Below are positions 1 through 16,404 of a stretch of DNA of 64,000 nt, piece after piece. Source of the DNA: the human T2T-CHM13v2.0 reference genome, Homo sapiens; assembly GCF_009914755.1 (NCBI RefSeq), contig NC_060929.1; one strand, given 5' to 3'. The notes below the pieces were generated by a model, which was not told the origin of the DNA, searched no databases, and was given only the letters and a program-made list of their open reading frames with translations. The translations under genes were made by a program, and so were the position numbers. Numbering within the stretch: the stretch's first letter is position 1; every line of letters begins with the position of its first letter.

Positions 1-12
1 CCGCGCCCGGCC
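1..12 (-). mobile_element. 5' tip of an Alu cut by the window start
   Basis: ccgcgcccggcc is the reverse complement of the Alu start GGCCGGGCGCGG. Confidence 0.75.
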
Positions 13-93
13 AACACATTTTTTCATTAGTGTATTATTGGCATGGCTATGCAGTACTTGGAGTGGAGTGATTATGGTTAAGAAAACTAAGTG

Positions 94-169
94 TGCCCGG
101 GAATTTGAGACAAGCCTGAGTAACACAGCAAGGCCCCACTCTAAAAAAGAAAAATAAAGAAATAAATAA
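94..169 (+). mobile_element. 5'-truncated Alu left monomer (FLAM-like) with A-rich tail
   Basis: gcccgggaatttgagacaagcctgagtaacacagcaaggccccactct resembles the FLAM 3' end; perfect 14-bp TSD aagaaaactaagtg at 80-93 and 170-183. Confidence 0.8.
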
Positions 170-482
170 AAGAAAACTAAGTGCATTCAAAAAGATGGTC
201 TGTTCCCTGACAAAAGGCAGAGAGAAGAGCAGGTAGAATGAAGAAGGGTACACACTGTTCTTCACACCTGCAGTAGATTTTAGTTCTGTGTATTTATATT
301 TTGATCAGGCTATTTTTCCAGCCATCACATAGCCTAAGGCACCATTGAAAATCACCCATGGCACATTTTATCTTGAATGGGGCCTTTCAGGTAGGTAAGA
401 GATAATGAAGTAAATTGTTAAAATAGTTTTGTCAGTGTTATCACTTGATATTTCCTGATATTTCTGCTACTTTAATTAAAGC

Positions 483-675
483 AGCAGTTCCTTGTCCCTC
501 CCTCCACCGCATAGTACATTTGGAAATATCTAGAGAAATTTTGGTTTGTCACAGCTAGGAATTTGCTACTTATATCAAATGACTAGAGACACGGATGCTG
601 CTTACCATACTACAATGCAGGAGACAGATCCAAAATTTCCGTAGTGCCATTAAAAAAAAAAAAACAAAAAACACT
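483..675 (+). mobile_element. MER20-like hAT DNA transposon fossil
   Basis: acatttggaaatatctagagaaattttggtttgtcaca...ggatgctgcttaccatactacaatgca matches remembered MER20. Confidence 0.75.
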
Positions 676-894
676 AAGTTAAAGAAATGTCTCCTATTTC
701 ATGTAATGTTGTATAATAATACTTACTGTTATATATAATATGCTAAAATTTTATGCTTTTCAAATTCTAAGAAAATTTAATGGCCTTATTTTAACCAACT
801 TAAAATTTATTTTTACGTATTTAAAATTATTTTAACTTATAAATATAAATGCATTATTACATTTAATATGATTATTATAGATATATTATGTTTA

Positions 895-1435
895 ACAGAC
901 TTTACTTTTTAGAGCAGTTTTAGGTTCACAGCAAAATTGGATAGAAGGTACAGATATTTCCCATGCTGCCCCTGCCCTACATACACACAGCCTCCCCATC
1001 AATATCCCCCACCAGAGTGGTACATTTGTTACAATTGATAAACCCACATGGACACATCATTATCAACCAAAGTCCATAGTTTACATTAAGGTTCACTCTT
1101 GGGTGTACATTTCATGGATATGGACAAATATATAATGAACATGAATTCATCATTATAACAACACACAATGTAGTTTCACCACCTTAAAAATCCTCTGTAA
1201 TCCATCTATTCATTTCTCTCTTCCCCTTAACCCCTGGTAACCAGTGATGTTTTTACTGTCTCCATAGTTCTGGCTTTTCTAAATATCATATAGTTGGAAT
1301 CATATAGTATACAGCCTTTTCAGACTGTCTGCTTTCACTTAGTACATAATATGTGTTTAAGTTTCCTCTGTGTTTTCTCATGGCTTGATAGTTCACTTCT
1401 TTTCAGCACTGAATATTTCCTTATCTGAGTGTACT
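895..1435 (-). mobile_element. Old L1M (L1MC-type) 3' end fragment
   Basis: tagagcagttttaggttcacagcaaaattg... followed by antisense L1M 3'UTR motifs (atcatatagttggaatcatatagtat). Confidence 0.8.
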
Positions 1436-2336
1436 TGTTGTATATTTTATTTTACAAATTATGTTTTCATCTACTCATATCCACTTAATTTGATTATATG
1501 TTGGATTCTAAAAGATGTTGAAAAATATTGAAATAAAATTTAATTTCAAAAAAATCTTAGATTTACCTTTTATGGCTTTATCTTACTATTTTTTTCCTCC
1601 TATTTTAGAGTCAATTCTTGATTGGACCTTAGGTTGTATAGGTTATAACTATGGTTATGAAACAATTTTATAATCTCAGGATATTTATAATTCATTAAGA
1701 TTGTTATTCTCTTAGTTTTTAAATATAAATCTCTATTTCTATAGAAGAGAAAAAGAGTTACAGAGATAATTTGCAATGGGCATCAGAAATTTAAATTCTA
1801 GATGAGTTTTTCCCATCCAGTATTCCAAGTAACTAATCATTTAAATTTATCCTCTTAAACCACACATTGTTGCATTTAACGAAAATGAAATGAAATGATT
1901 ATATTAGTTTTCAAACTAAAGGATTTTAAAATCTATGGACTTTGACCAAAACCTAATGGGCCAATAGACAGATTCTACCAAATCAGCTTAACATTTCAAC
2001 TAATCTTTTCTTGTTATTGGCTTACTTCTATTTTATTTGTTGCTATATTTTTATTTAATTCTTTGAAAGCAAAGAGTCATTTTTCATCTTTTTTATGCAA
2101 GAAAGACCAGTGGAAGAAACTTAATTATAAGTTAAATCAGAACACTGCTTCACACATCTTAGGCGTGACAAGATACTTGTTTTACTGCTTATAAAAGGAG
2201 TCAATTCTCCATTATATGTAGTAACAATTAATGGCTAATTCAACATAGCAAAAAATTACAAAATTAATTTGTTTTTGAGTTTGAAATACATTATCTGATT
2301 TTTGTATTAAATACTTATTATTTAATATTTAGTCAT

Positions 2337-2625
2337 GGACCAGGCACGGTGGCTCGTGTCTGTAATCCTAGCACTTTGGGAGGCCAAGTCAGGCGGATCA
2401 CTTGAAGTCAGGAGTTTGAGACGTGCCTGGCCAACATGGTGATACCCCGTCTCTACTAAAAATACAAAAATTAGCCAGGCGTGGTGGTGCACACCTGTAA
2501 TCCCTGCTGCTCCGGGGGCTGAGGCACAAGAATTGCTTGAACTCAGGAGGCAGAGGTTGCAGTAAGCTGAGATTGCACCACTGTACTCCAGCCTGGGCAA
2601 AAGAGTGATACTCTGTCTCAAAAAT
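2337..2625 (+). mobile_element. AluS, full length
   Basis: Dimeric Alu with tactaaaaatacaaaaattag linker and short A tail. Confidence 0.95.
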
Positions 2626-2836
2626 ATATATATTTAATTAAGTTTTTCATGACCAATAACATATTTGCATTCCATGAGCATTATTTCAGCTGGCCCTTAG
2701 AGCTCTGCATACAATGGGTGATCTCAGGGATCACTTTATAAAAATCTATGTTTCTCATGGTAAACAAATGTAGGAAAACCTCAAACATTTTGAAGAAACA
2801 CCACTTGACTTGGCTTCAATAGAAAACTCTAGTTCT

Positions 2837-2988
2837 GGCCAGGCACAGTGGCTTACCCCTGTAATCCCAGCTACTTGGGAGGCTGAGGCACAAGAACTGC
2901 TTGAACCCAGGAGGCAGAAGTTGCAGTGAGCTTGATTGTGCCACTGCTCTCACCCGGACAACAAAGTGAGACTCTGTCTCAAAAAAAG
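2837..2988 (+). mobile_element. Monomer-length Alu (left-arm start joined to right arm, or FRAM-like)
   Basis: ggccaggcacagtggcttac...cccagctacttggg...gtctcaaaaaaa; TSD agaaaactctRgttYt at 2821-2836 and 2989-3004. Confidence 0.85.
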
Positions 2989-3119
2989 AGAAAACTCTGG
3001 TTTTGTCTAATGGTCTCATTCATTTAATGCCCAGTTCTTATCCTTAAAAGGCCTAGTGCCCTGCTGCCATCACCGTCACATCACTTGATACACTCAGCTG
3101 AAACTTTTGCCTTAATTAT

Positions 3120-3250
3120 CTATCTTTCCTACTTATCTGTAGGCAAGTAAGTCTAGGACCATTACTAATTATCCTTAGCATCCTGTTTCTGAGCACAGGA
3201 CCTAACACATACTAGGTACTCAGAAAATATTTGACAAAGGAAGGGAAGGA
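3120..3250 (+). mobile_element. L2 3' end relic
   Basis: cctaacacatactaggtactcagaaaatatttg resembles the L2 terminus. Confidence 0.5.
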
Positions 3251-3339
3251 ATGGAGGAAGGGTGAGAGGGAGGAAGGGAAACAGGGAGGGAAGCTGGGCA
3301 GTGATCTTAAAGATGGTGGCCCATGTTCCCAGTGTGCAA

Positions 3340-5775
3340 TCCTGGATCCAGAGAAAACAGAGGAGATTTCATTCACAAATTATTATTTTTGTCTGCTCTA
3401 ACTTATCTGGGCTACCTGAAGGACTGATGTGAGTCACTCATCTCTATTTTGCCAACCTCAGAATATACTAAGGGCAGAAAGGTATTAGGCATTGCTTGAA
3501 AATATTTTAAGGCAAATTAAAAACCTACAGCCACCTAAGGCAAAAGGTTATGGTTGAGATATACAATAGACAGCCTAAAATTTGGGGAAAAAAGGCTGAG
3601 GAAAGTTTCCTTGGGAAATGTGAGCATTCATCCGCACTCACGGGTACCTGGAAATTTAGAAAGCCACATGTGTGCAAAAACAGGGTAAGTGCTTAGAAAA
3701 GACCTGAGAAGACCTTAAGCTTTCAACTTTGGCTAATCTCTAGGCTCAAGGTAAGCAGGAAGTGAAGGCTAAGGCGGAGTTGTAAACAGTTTGGCAAAGT
3801 ATTGAGGGAGCAAATGTGCATAGAGCCAATCCAAAGATTTTTTGTGTGTGTTTGTTTTGTTCTTAGCTCCTGGCATTCAAGGAAACCTTTGTCAAACTGC
3901 CAGCTGAATACAAGCAAAGGATCAAATATTTCAGTGAAACACATGACAAGTAGTACAGTCTTTGCAGAAAAAAAAGTTAGGGAAAGTTATTAAACAAACA
4001 GATGATTGCAGCCTTGCATAATAAAGAACAGCAAGCCCTAGGGAAGAGGGAGAATCTAATATCTAGGGTTACCACATTATAATATTAAAATGTCAAGTTT
4101 TTAGTAAAAAGTCACAAGGTGTACAAACAAACAGGAAAGTGTAGCCCAAAGGAAAAATAATAATAATTGAGAGAAACTGTCCCTGAGGAAGCCCAGACAT
4201 TGGGCTTACTAGACAAAAATTTTAAATCAAGTCTCTTAAATGTGTTCAAAATGCTAACAGAAACCATAGACGAAGAACTAAAGGAAACCAGAGAAATGAT
4301 GTATGAACAAAATAAGGATATTGATAAAGGGATAGAATTTTTAGAAGAGAACCACATAAAAATTCCAGAGCTGAAAAATATAATTCAATGATGAATTTAG
4401 TATAGGAGTTCAATAGTATATCTAAGCAGGCAGAAGGAAGAATCAGCAAACTTGAAGACAGGATAATTGAAACAGTATAGTCTGGGGAGCATAAAGATAA
4501 AGAAATAAAGAAAGTGAACAGAGGCAAAGGAACCCATGAGACACGATGAAGTGGACCAATATACACTTGATGGTCCACATCAAGTGGACCAGTATAGAAG
4601 TTTCAGAAAGAGAAGAAAGAGACAGGGCAGAAAGTATATTTGAAAAATAATGGCCAAAAACTTCCCAAATTTAATAAAAAATATAAATTTAGACAAACGA
4701 GAATCTTGAAAGCATTAAGAAAGAAGTGACTCATCACATGCAAGTGATCATGCAAATGAAAATAAGATTAACAGTTGATTTCTCATCAAAAGCCATGGAG
4801 GCCAAAAGGCAGGGAAATGACATATTTAAGGTACCAAAAGAAAAAACGGTCAACCAAGAATTCTATATTTGGCAAAACTATCTTCCAAAAATGAAGGAAA
4901 ATTTAAGACATTACCAGATAAACCAAAGCTGACGAAGTTTATTATTAGTAGACCTGCCCTACAAGAAATGCTAAAGGGAGTCCATGAGTTTGAAGTGAAA
5001 GGACACTAGACAGTAACTTGAAGCTGAATGGAGAACAAAAGATCTCCAGTAAAGATGACTACATGGTTAAATACAAAAGCCAGTATTATATTTTTGCTTT
5101 GTAACTCCACTTTTTTATTTCCTACATCATTTAAAAGACAAATTCATTTAAAATAATTACAAATCTCTTATTGAGTATGCATTGTATAAAGATATAATTT
5201 GTGACAACAACATAAATGAAGGAAAGGAGCTGTATAGGAGCAAAGCTTCTGTATGCTACTAAGTTTTTATGAGTTCAAGCTAGATTATTATACATTTAGG
5301 ATGTTAACTGTAATCCCTATGATAACCACTGAGAAATGTCTGAAATATATATACAAACAGAAATGAGAAGGCAATCAAAATAGAACATCATAGAAAATCC
5401 ACTAAACACAAAATCAGGCAGTAATGGGAGTATGTAAGGGACAAAATTGGTATAAGGCACACAGAAAACAAAGAGCAACACTGCAGAAGTTAAGCTCTTC
5501 ACTATAGTAATTAAATGTAAATGAATTAAACTCTCCCCTCAAAAGGTAGAGATTGATAGATTAAAAACATGATCCAATTATATGCAGCATAGAAGAGACT
5601 CACTTCCGATTCAAAAACACAAATAAGTTAAAGATATGGGGACAATTTTTTCATGCAAATAGTAACCAAAAGAGAACAAAGATAACTATACTAATATCAG
5701 ACAAAATAGACTACAAGTCAAAAGCTGCCTAAGAGACAAAGAAGGACATTGTATATTGATTAAAAGAGTCAATTA
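3340..5775 (+). mobile_element. Old L1M (L1MC/MD-type) 5'UTR, decayed ORF1 and ORF2 endonuclease start
   Basis: ORF1-like peptides (4167-4391 LLDKNFKSSLLNVFKML; 4726-4932 IRLTVDFSSKAMEAKRQ); EN-like sequence aaatgtaaatgaattaaactctccc near 5515. Confidence 0.85.
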
Positions 5776-5779
5776 ACTT

Positions 5780-6810
5780 GGAACTCACCTACAATGCTCA
5801 TGGAAATGTAAAATTTTTCGGCTACTGTAGAAAATAGTTGATACTTCCTCAAAAAGTTAAACATAAAATTGTCATATGACCCTGAAATTTCACTCCTAGG
5901 TATATACCTCCCAAAATCGAAAGCAGGAACTCAAACAAATACATGTACACTCATATTTCCAGCAACACTTACCACCAATAGCCAAAAGATAGAAATACCC
6001 TGATACCTACTAATGAATGGATGGATAAGCTAATTGCATAAACTAATGGATAAAACTAACTCTTTTTTATGACTGAAGAATATTCCTTTATTTTAATATT
6101 CCTTAATTTGTAAATGTACATACAAAGGAATATTATTCAGCCATAAAAATGAATGAAGCATTGGGCCAGGCGCAGTGGCTCATGCCTATAATTCCAGCAC
6201 TTTGGGAGGCTGAGGTGGGTGGATCAGGAGGTCAGGAGTTCAGGACCAGCCTGGCCAAGATAGTGAAACCCCGTCTCTACTAAAAATACAAAAATTAGCC
6301 AGGCATGGTGGCAGGTGCCTGTAATCCCAGCTACTCAGGAGGCTGAGCCAGAGGATTGCTTGAACCTGGGAGGCGGAGGTTGGAGTGAACCAAGATCGTG
6401 CCACCGCACTCCAGCCTGGGTGACAGGGTGAGACTCCATCTCAAAAAAGAAAAAAAGAATGAAGCACTGATACATGCTACAGCATGAATGAACCCCCAAA
6501 AGATTATGCTACGTGAAAGAAGCCAAACACAAAAGATCAAACACTGTATTATTCCATTTATGTGAAATATCCAGAATAGGTAAATCCACAGAGACTGAAT
6601 ACATATTGGTAATTTCCAAAATTTGTGGGGAGAGGAGATGGAGAGAAAATGTTGAATGGGTACAGATACCTTGGAGTAATGGAAATATTTTATAACAAAA
6701 TAGAGATGGTGGTTGCAAGACATTGTGAATATACAAAATACCACAGAATTGTTGGTGAGTTTAAAATGGTTAATTTTACATTATGTTAATTTCATCTCAA
6801 TAAATTATCT
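5780..6810 (+). mobile_element. L1MB-type 3' end interrupted by an Alu
   Basis: catatgaccctgaaatttcactcctaggtatatac...ggaatattattcagccataaaa...catctcaataaa. Confidence 0.8.
6164..6456 (+). mobile_element. AluS, full length
   Basis: Complete dimer; TSD gaatgaagcaYtg on both sides. Confidence 0.95.
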
Positions 6811-7401
6811 TTTAATGTAATGCATATGGTAGTATCATAGGTGATCCCTTTGAAATCTTGTGTCTGCCTTTCTTTGCTTCCCATGTAAGTCTTTATGGAT
6901 CTATATTACTTTTACATCCATAAATATTAGTAACTAAAAATTACTTTTTAAAGATATATTTTAAAACTGTATATCCAAAACAAACGCAGAAATGAACAAT
7001 TACTGAAGAAAGCTGAGACTACTTCAAATATCACATAATAGGTAAAAATAATAGTAACAACATAATAATAATACCTAAGTGAAAACTCCAGCATTGCAAA
7101 GTGCTATAATGATTATACAGGTCTTCCTCAATCCTTCTTATATAAATCTTTTAAAGAAATTTTTTTCATGTAATTTATTTATTTATTATTTTTATTCTTA
7201 TGCTTTAAGTTCTAGGGTACATGTGCACAATGTGCAGGTTTGTTACATATGTATACATGTGCCATGTTGGTGTGCTGCACCCATTAACTCATCATTTAGC
7301 ATTAGGTATATCTCCTAATGCTATCCCTCCCCCCTCCCCCCACCCCACAACAGTCCCCATAGTGTGATGTCCCCCTTCCTGTGTCCAAGTGTTCTCATTG
7401 T

Positions 7402-11216
<3,815 letters not shown>

Positions 11217-11279
11217 TATGATGTTAGCTGGTTATTTTGCTCATTAGTTGATGCAGTTTCTTCCTAGCATCAGTGGTCT

Positions 11280-12295
11280 TTACAGTATGGCATGTTTTTG
11301 CAGTGGCTGGTACCGGTTGTTCCTTTCCATGTTTAGTGCTTCCTTCAGGAGCTCTTTTAGGGCAGGCCTGGTGGTGACAAAATCTCTCAGTATTTACTTC
11401 TCTGTAAAGTATTTTATTTCTCCTTCACTTTTGAAGCTTAGTTTGGCTGGATATGAAATTCTGGGTTGAAAATTCTTTTCTTTAAGAATGTTGAATATTG
11501 GCCCCACTCTCTTCTGGCTTGTAGAGGTTCTGCCGAGAGATCAGCTGTTAGTCTGATGGGCTTCCCTTTGTGGGTAACCCGACCTTTCTCTCTGGCTGCC
11601 CTTAACATTTTTTCCTTCATTTCAACGTTGGTGAATCTGACAATTATGTGTCTTGGAGTTGCTCTTCTTGAGGAATAGCTTTGTGGCGTTCTCTGTATTT
11701 CCTGAATTTGAATGTTGGCCTGCCTTGCTAGATTGGGGAAGTTCTCCTGGATAATATCCTGCAGAGTGTTTTCCAACTTGGTTCCATGCTCCCCACCACT
11801 TTCAGGTACACCATTCAGATGCAGGTTTGGTCTTTTCACATAGTCCCATATTTTTTGGAGGCTTTGTTCATTTCTTTTTATTCTTTTTTCTCTAAACTTC
11901 TCTTCTCACTTCATTTCATTCATTCGATCTTCCATCACTGATACCCTTTCTTCCAGTTTATCAAATAGGCCACTGAAGCTTGTGCATTCATCACGTAGTT
12001 CTTATGCCGTGGTTTTCAGCTCCATCAGTTCTTTTAAGGACTTCTCTGCATTGGTTATTCTAGTTAGCCATTCGTCTAATCCTTTTTCAAGGTTTTTAAC
12101 TTCTTTGCATTGGGTTTGAACTTCCTCCTTTAGCTCAGAGAAGTTTGATTGTCCGTAGCCTTCTTCTCTCAACTTGTCAAAGTCATTCTCCATCCAGCTT
12201 TGTTCTGTTGCTGGTGAGGAGCTGCATTCCTTTGGAGGAGGAGAAGCGCTCTGATTTTTAGAATTTTCAGTTTTTCTGCTCTGTTTTTTCCCCAT
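11280..12295 (-). pseudogene. L1 ORF1p, disrupted
   Basis: MGKKQSRKTENSKNQSASPPPKE... and KLENTLQDIIQENFPNLARQ; premature stop and frameshift. Confidence 0.95.
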
Positions 12296-12870
12296 CTTTG
12301 TGGTTTTATCTACCTTTGGTCTTTGATGATGGTGACATACAGATGGGGTTTTGGTGTGGATGTCCTTTCTCTTTGTTAGTTTTCCTTCTAACAGTCCAGA
12401 CCCTCAGCTGCAGGTATGTTGGAGTTTGCTGGAGGTCCTCTCCAGACCCTGTTTGCCTGGGTATCAGCAGCGGAGGCTGCAGAACAGTGGATATTGGTGA
12501 ACAGCAAATGTTGCTGCCTGATTGTTCCTCTGGAAGTTTTATCTCAGAGGGGTACCCAGCAGTGTGAGATGTCAGTCTGCCCCTACTGGGGGGTGCCTCC
12601 CAGTTAGGCTACTTGGGGGTCAGGGACACACTTGAGGAGGCAGTCTGTCCGTTCTCAGATCTCAAGCTCCGGGCTGGGAGAACCACTACTCTCTTCCAAG
12701 CTGTCAGACAGGGACATTTAAGTCTGCAGAGGTTTCTGCTGCCTTTTGTTTGGCTATGCCCTGCCCCCAGAGGTGGAGTCTACAGAGGCAGGCAGGCCTC
12801 CTTGAGCTGTGGTGGGCTCCACCCAGTTCGATCTTCCTGGCCACTTTGTTTGCCTACTCAAGCCTCAGCA

Positions 12871-12987
12871 ATGGCGGGCACCCCTCCCCCAGCCTCACTG
12901 CCACGTTGCGGTTCGACCTCAGACTGCTGTGCTAGTAATCTGCAAGGCTCTGTGGGCGTAGGATCCTCTGAGCCATGTGCGGGATAG
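12871..12987 (+). pseudogene. L1 antisense ORF0 homologue truncated at 38 codons
   Basis: ATG at 12871 gives MAGTPPPASLPRCGSTSDCCASN...CAG then TAG; ORF0-like sequence resumes in ORF 12997-13341. Confidence 0.65.
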
Positions 12988-14420
12988 AATCTCCTGGTGT
13001 GCCGTTTGCTAAGACCATCGGAAAAGTGCAGTATTAGGATGGGAGCAACCCGATTTTCCAGGTGCCATTTGTCCCCCCTTCCCTTGGCTAGGAAAGGGAA
13101 TTCCCTGACCCCTTGCACTTCCCGGGTGAGGCAATGCCTCGCCCTGCTTTGGCTCATGCTTGGTGCGCTGCACCCACTGTCCTGCACCCACTGTCCGACA
13201 ATCTCCAGTGAGATGAACCCAGTACCTCAGCTGGAAATGCAGAAATCACCCATCTTCAGCATCACTCATGCTGGGAGCTGTAGACTGGAGCTGTTCCTAT
13301 TCGGCCATCTTGGAACCACCCCCAGAAATTTTTTAAAGTAGAGGAAACCAGGGTAAGATATTTAGAAAGTGTTTTGGATACTGCAGTGGGTACTTGGCCT
13401 AGGAGGAGAGAAGGAATTTCTCCTTGCAGATGTCACCATTGCTGCTGACTATCCTGTCCTTGCCCCTCTCTTAGCTACTCTGGGCTTGAGAAACAAGAGC
13501 AGAAACAGAAAGCAAAGATGGGACAAGGGGATACTTGAGAGCGAGTTCTTGTTACTCAGAAGTCATTGTAATTAACTTTTTAAATATCCACAGCCCTTTA
13601 CTCCAGGACTTATTATATAATTAACCTCACCTGAGCTTCTACAGTCGGTGACAAAGGCAGGACCAGTATTATTATACTCTTTCTGAGGCTGAGTAAACAA
13701 GGTGAGAGGGGTGGTAGGACTTCCCCAGCAAGTAATAAGTTGGGGATGAGGAGGTGGAGGTCTGTTCCTCCACTAGGGCATGCTGGAGTTGCCCACACAC
13801 TCATAGATCTGACCCAATAGAGTAATTTCTCCTTTCTTAGTTAAAGGTAAAAATAAAAAAGATATGCTTATCCTCTTCTGACTTAACAAAGATTCCTATG
13901 GGATCATCTGAGCCTAGACAATCAATACCCATTTTATTTTTCCTTTTTGGGATTTTATTTTGTGAGCTGCCTGTGGTGGAGGAATTGGGGGTTGGACAAA
14001 GATTAAGGCACAAGCAGGAGCGCCTTTTTGATATTCCTGTCTCTCCTGCTTGCTGGGCTGGCAGACTCTGACTGATTGGACCTGCCAGCACACTTCAGCC
14101 AGCACCCCAGCAAACATATGGTGGCAGGGTCAATATTTACTTTCATTTAATGCATGCAGTGCTTCATCTATTTATTTATTTATTCAGCAGGCAATTAGAC
14201 TTCATGGAGCAAAATCCTTTTGTTCTCCACATGGGTTACTGAATATCAGAGCTGTGGAAAACAGCTTTCAGACAAGACTATCCTACCTTCATCACCCAGT
14301 GTTTGCCTACAGTTGCTTCTCCTATGTGAAGAAAAAGAAGTGCACATATATAAACACACATATAAATATTGAGAATATATCATTATAATCGTATGTAATA
14401 TGTAATATATGATATGTATA

Positions 14421-15100
<680 letters not shown>

Positions 15101-15334
15101 TAATATATATCACACATATTATTTAGAAAACATCATATAGCATTCTTTTTAATTTGGGCATACATCATATCAATGTGATTTGTTTATGCCTTTGGGGTGG
15201 CTTTTTTATAAGTAGGAAAGGTTATTCAGGAGCTTTGTTAAAAATGAAAACTCCAGGTCTTTCTTGAGCTTTTAGTTCTCTTATAAATCTTATTATTCTG
15301 TTCTCAAAACTGACACATTTTAACAATAACTTTT

Positions 15335-15424
15335 TTTAAATTATACTTTAAGTTCTAGGGCACATGTGCACAATGTGCAGGTTTGGTACATATGTATACA
15401 TGTAAATGACGAGTTCATGGGTGC
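15335..15424 (-). mobile_element. ~90 bp 5'-inverted (twin-primed) L1PA insertion
   Basis: Antisense L1 3' end 15335-15403, then a sense-strand piece aaatgacgagttcatgggtgc; TSD aacaataacYttt at 15322-15334 and 15425-15437. Confidence 0.85.
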
Positions 15425-15545
15425 AACAATAACCTTTAAGGAAGTTTTGATTAATGTATTAAATTATATACAAAACTTAATTAATAAAAATACCTTTAAA
15501 CATTTTAAACAACATTTATACATTTTTCTTCTATCACTTTCTAGC

Positions 15546-16041
15546 TGTCTTGATCTGTTTGTGTTGCCATAAAGGAATACCTGAGACTGGGTAATTCATA
15601 AAGAAAAGAAATTTGTTTGGGTGACAGTTCTGCAGGCTGTACAAGAAGCATGGCACCAATTTCTACTTCTGGTGAGGGCTGCTTCCACTCATGGCAGATG
15701 GTAAAGGGGAGCCAGCTTGTAGAGGTCACATGGCAAGAAAGAAAAAGAACATGTGGTGTTTGGTTTTTTGTCCTTGCGATAGTTTGCTGAGAAAAAAAAA
15801 AAAAGAAAGAAAGAGAAGGGAAGTGACATACTTGTTAACAACCAGTTCTTCTGGGAACTAATAAAGCTGGAACTAACAGAGCTAGAACTCACTGATTACA
15901 GTGAGGATTGCACCAAGCCATTCATGAGGGATCTGCCTGTGTGATCCAAACACCTCCCATTAAGCCCCACCTCCAGCACTGGGGATCAAATTTTAACTTG
16001 AGACTTGATGGGGCCAAACAAACCATATCCAAATCATACCA
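15546..16041 (-). mobile_element. MST (MSTA/B-like) MaLR solo LTR
   Basis: tgtcttgatctgtttgtgttgccataaaggaatacctgagactgggtaatt...aaaccatatccaaatcatacca. Confidence 0.9.
15750..15802 (+). mobile_element. Micro L1PA insertion: inverted L1 3'-end fragment plus poly(A)
   Basis: (agaa)catgtggtgtttggttttttgtccttgcgatagtttgctgag is antisense L1 3'-end sequence followed by an A13 run; TSD aagaaagaaaRagaa at 15735-15749 and 15803-15817. Confidence 0.8.
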
Positions 16042-16044
16042 CTA

Positions 16045-16192
16045 GCCCTGAGACCCAGGTCAGTTAACATCTCTAATCTTTAAACAGGAATACTAATTCC
16101 TCTTGCTAGGTTGTTGTGAGAATTACAATAAAAATATACAGAGCAGTGGGAACATTACTTGACACTAAACAATAAATAATTGCTGCCATTAT
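16045..16192 (+). mobile_element. MIR relic
   Basis: aaacaggaatactaattcctcttgctaggttgttgtgagaattacaat. Confidence 0.55.
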
Positions 16193-16404
16193 AATATTCT
16201 TACAGTTATTGACTACCAATGAATTTGTTTCTTCATGTGATGTAAACGAGGTACAGAGAAGTAGAGTGCCTTGCAGGTCAGAGCCTAGTCTCTCTGGGAC
16301 CTATCATCAACTTGTGAGCTCAGAATCTGCTCCTGCCTGTAGACACAGCTTCCCATCAACCCAATGAGAGCACCCAGAAAGTCTTTCCCCCTTTCCATGG
16401 TTCA

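Noticed and set aside
94-169. BC200 retrocopy
   Set aside because: Lacks the BC200 unique C-rich 3' domain; fits a generic FLAM-like monomer
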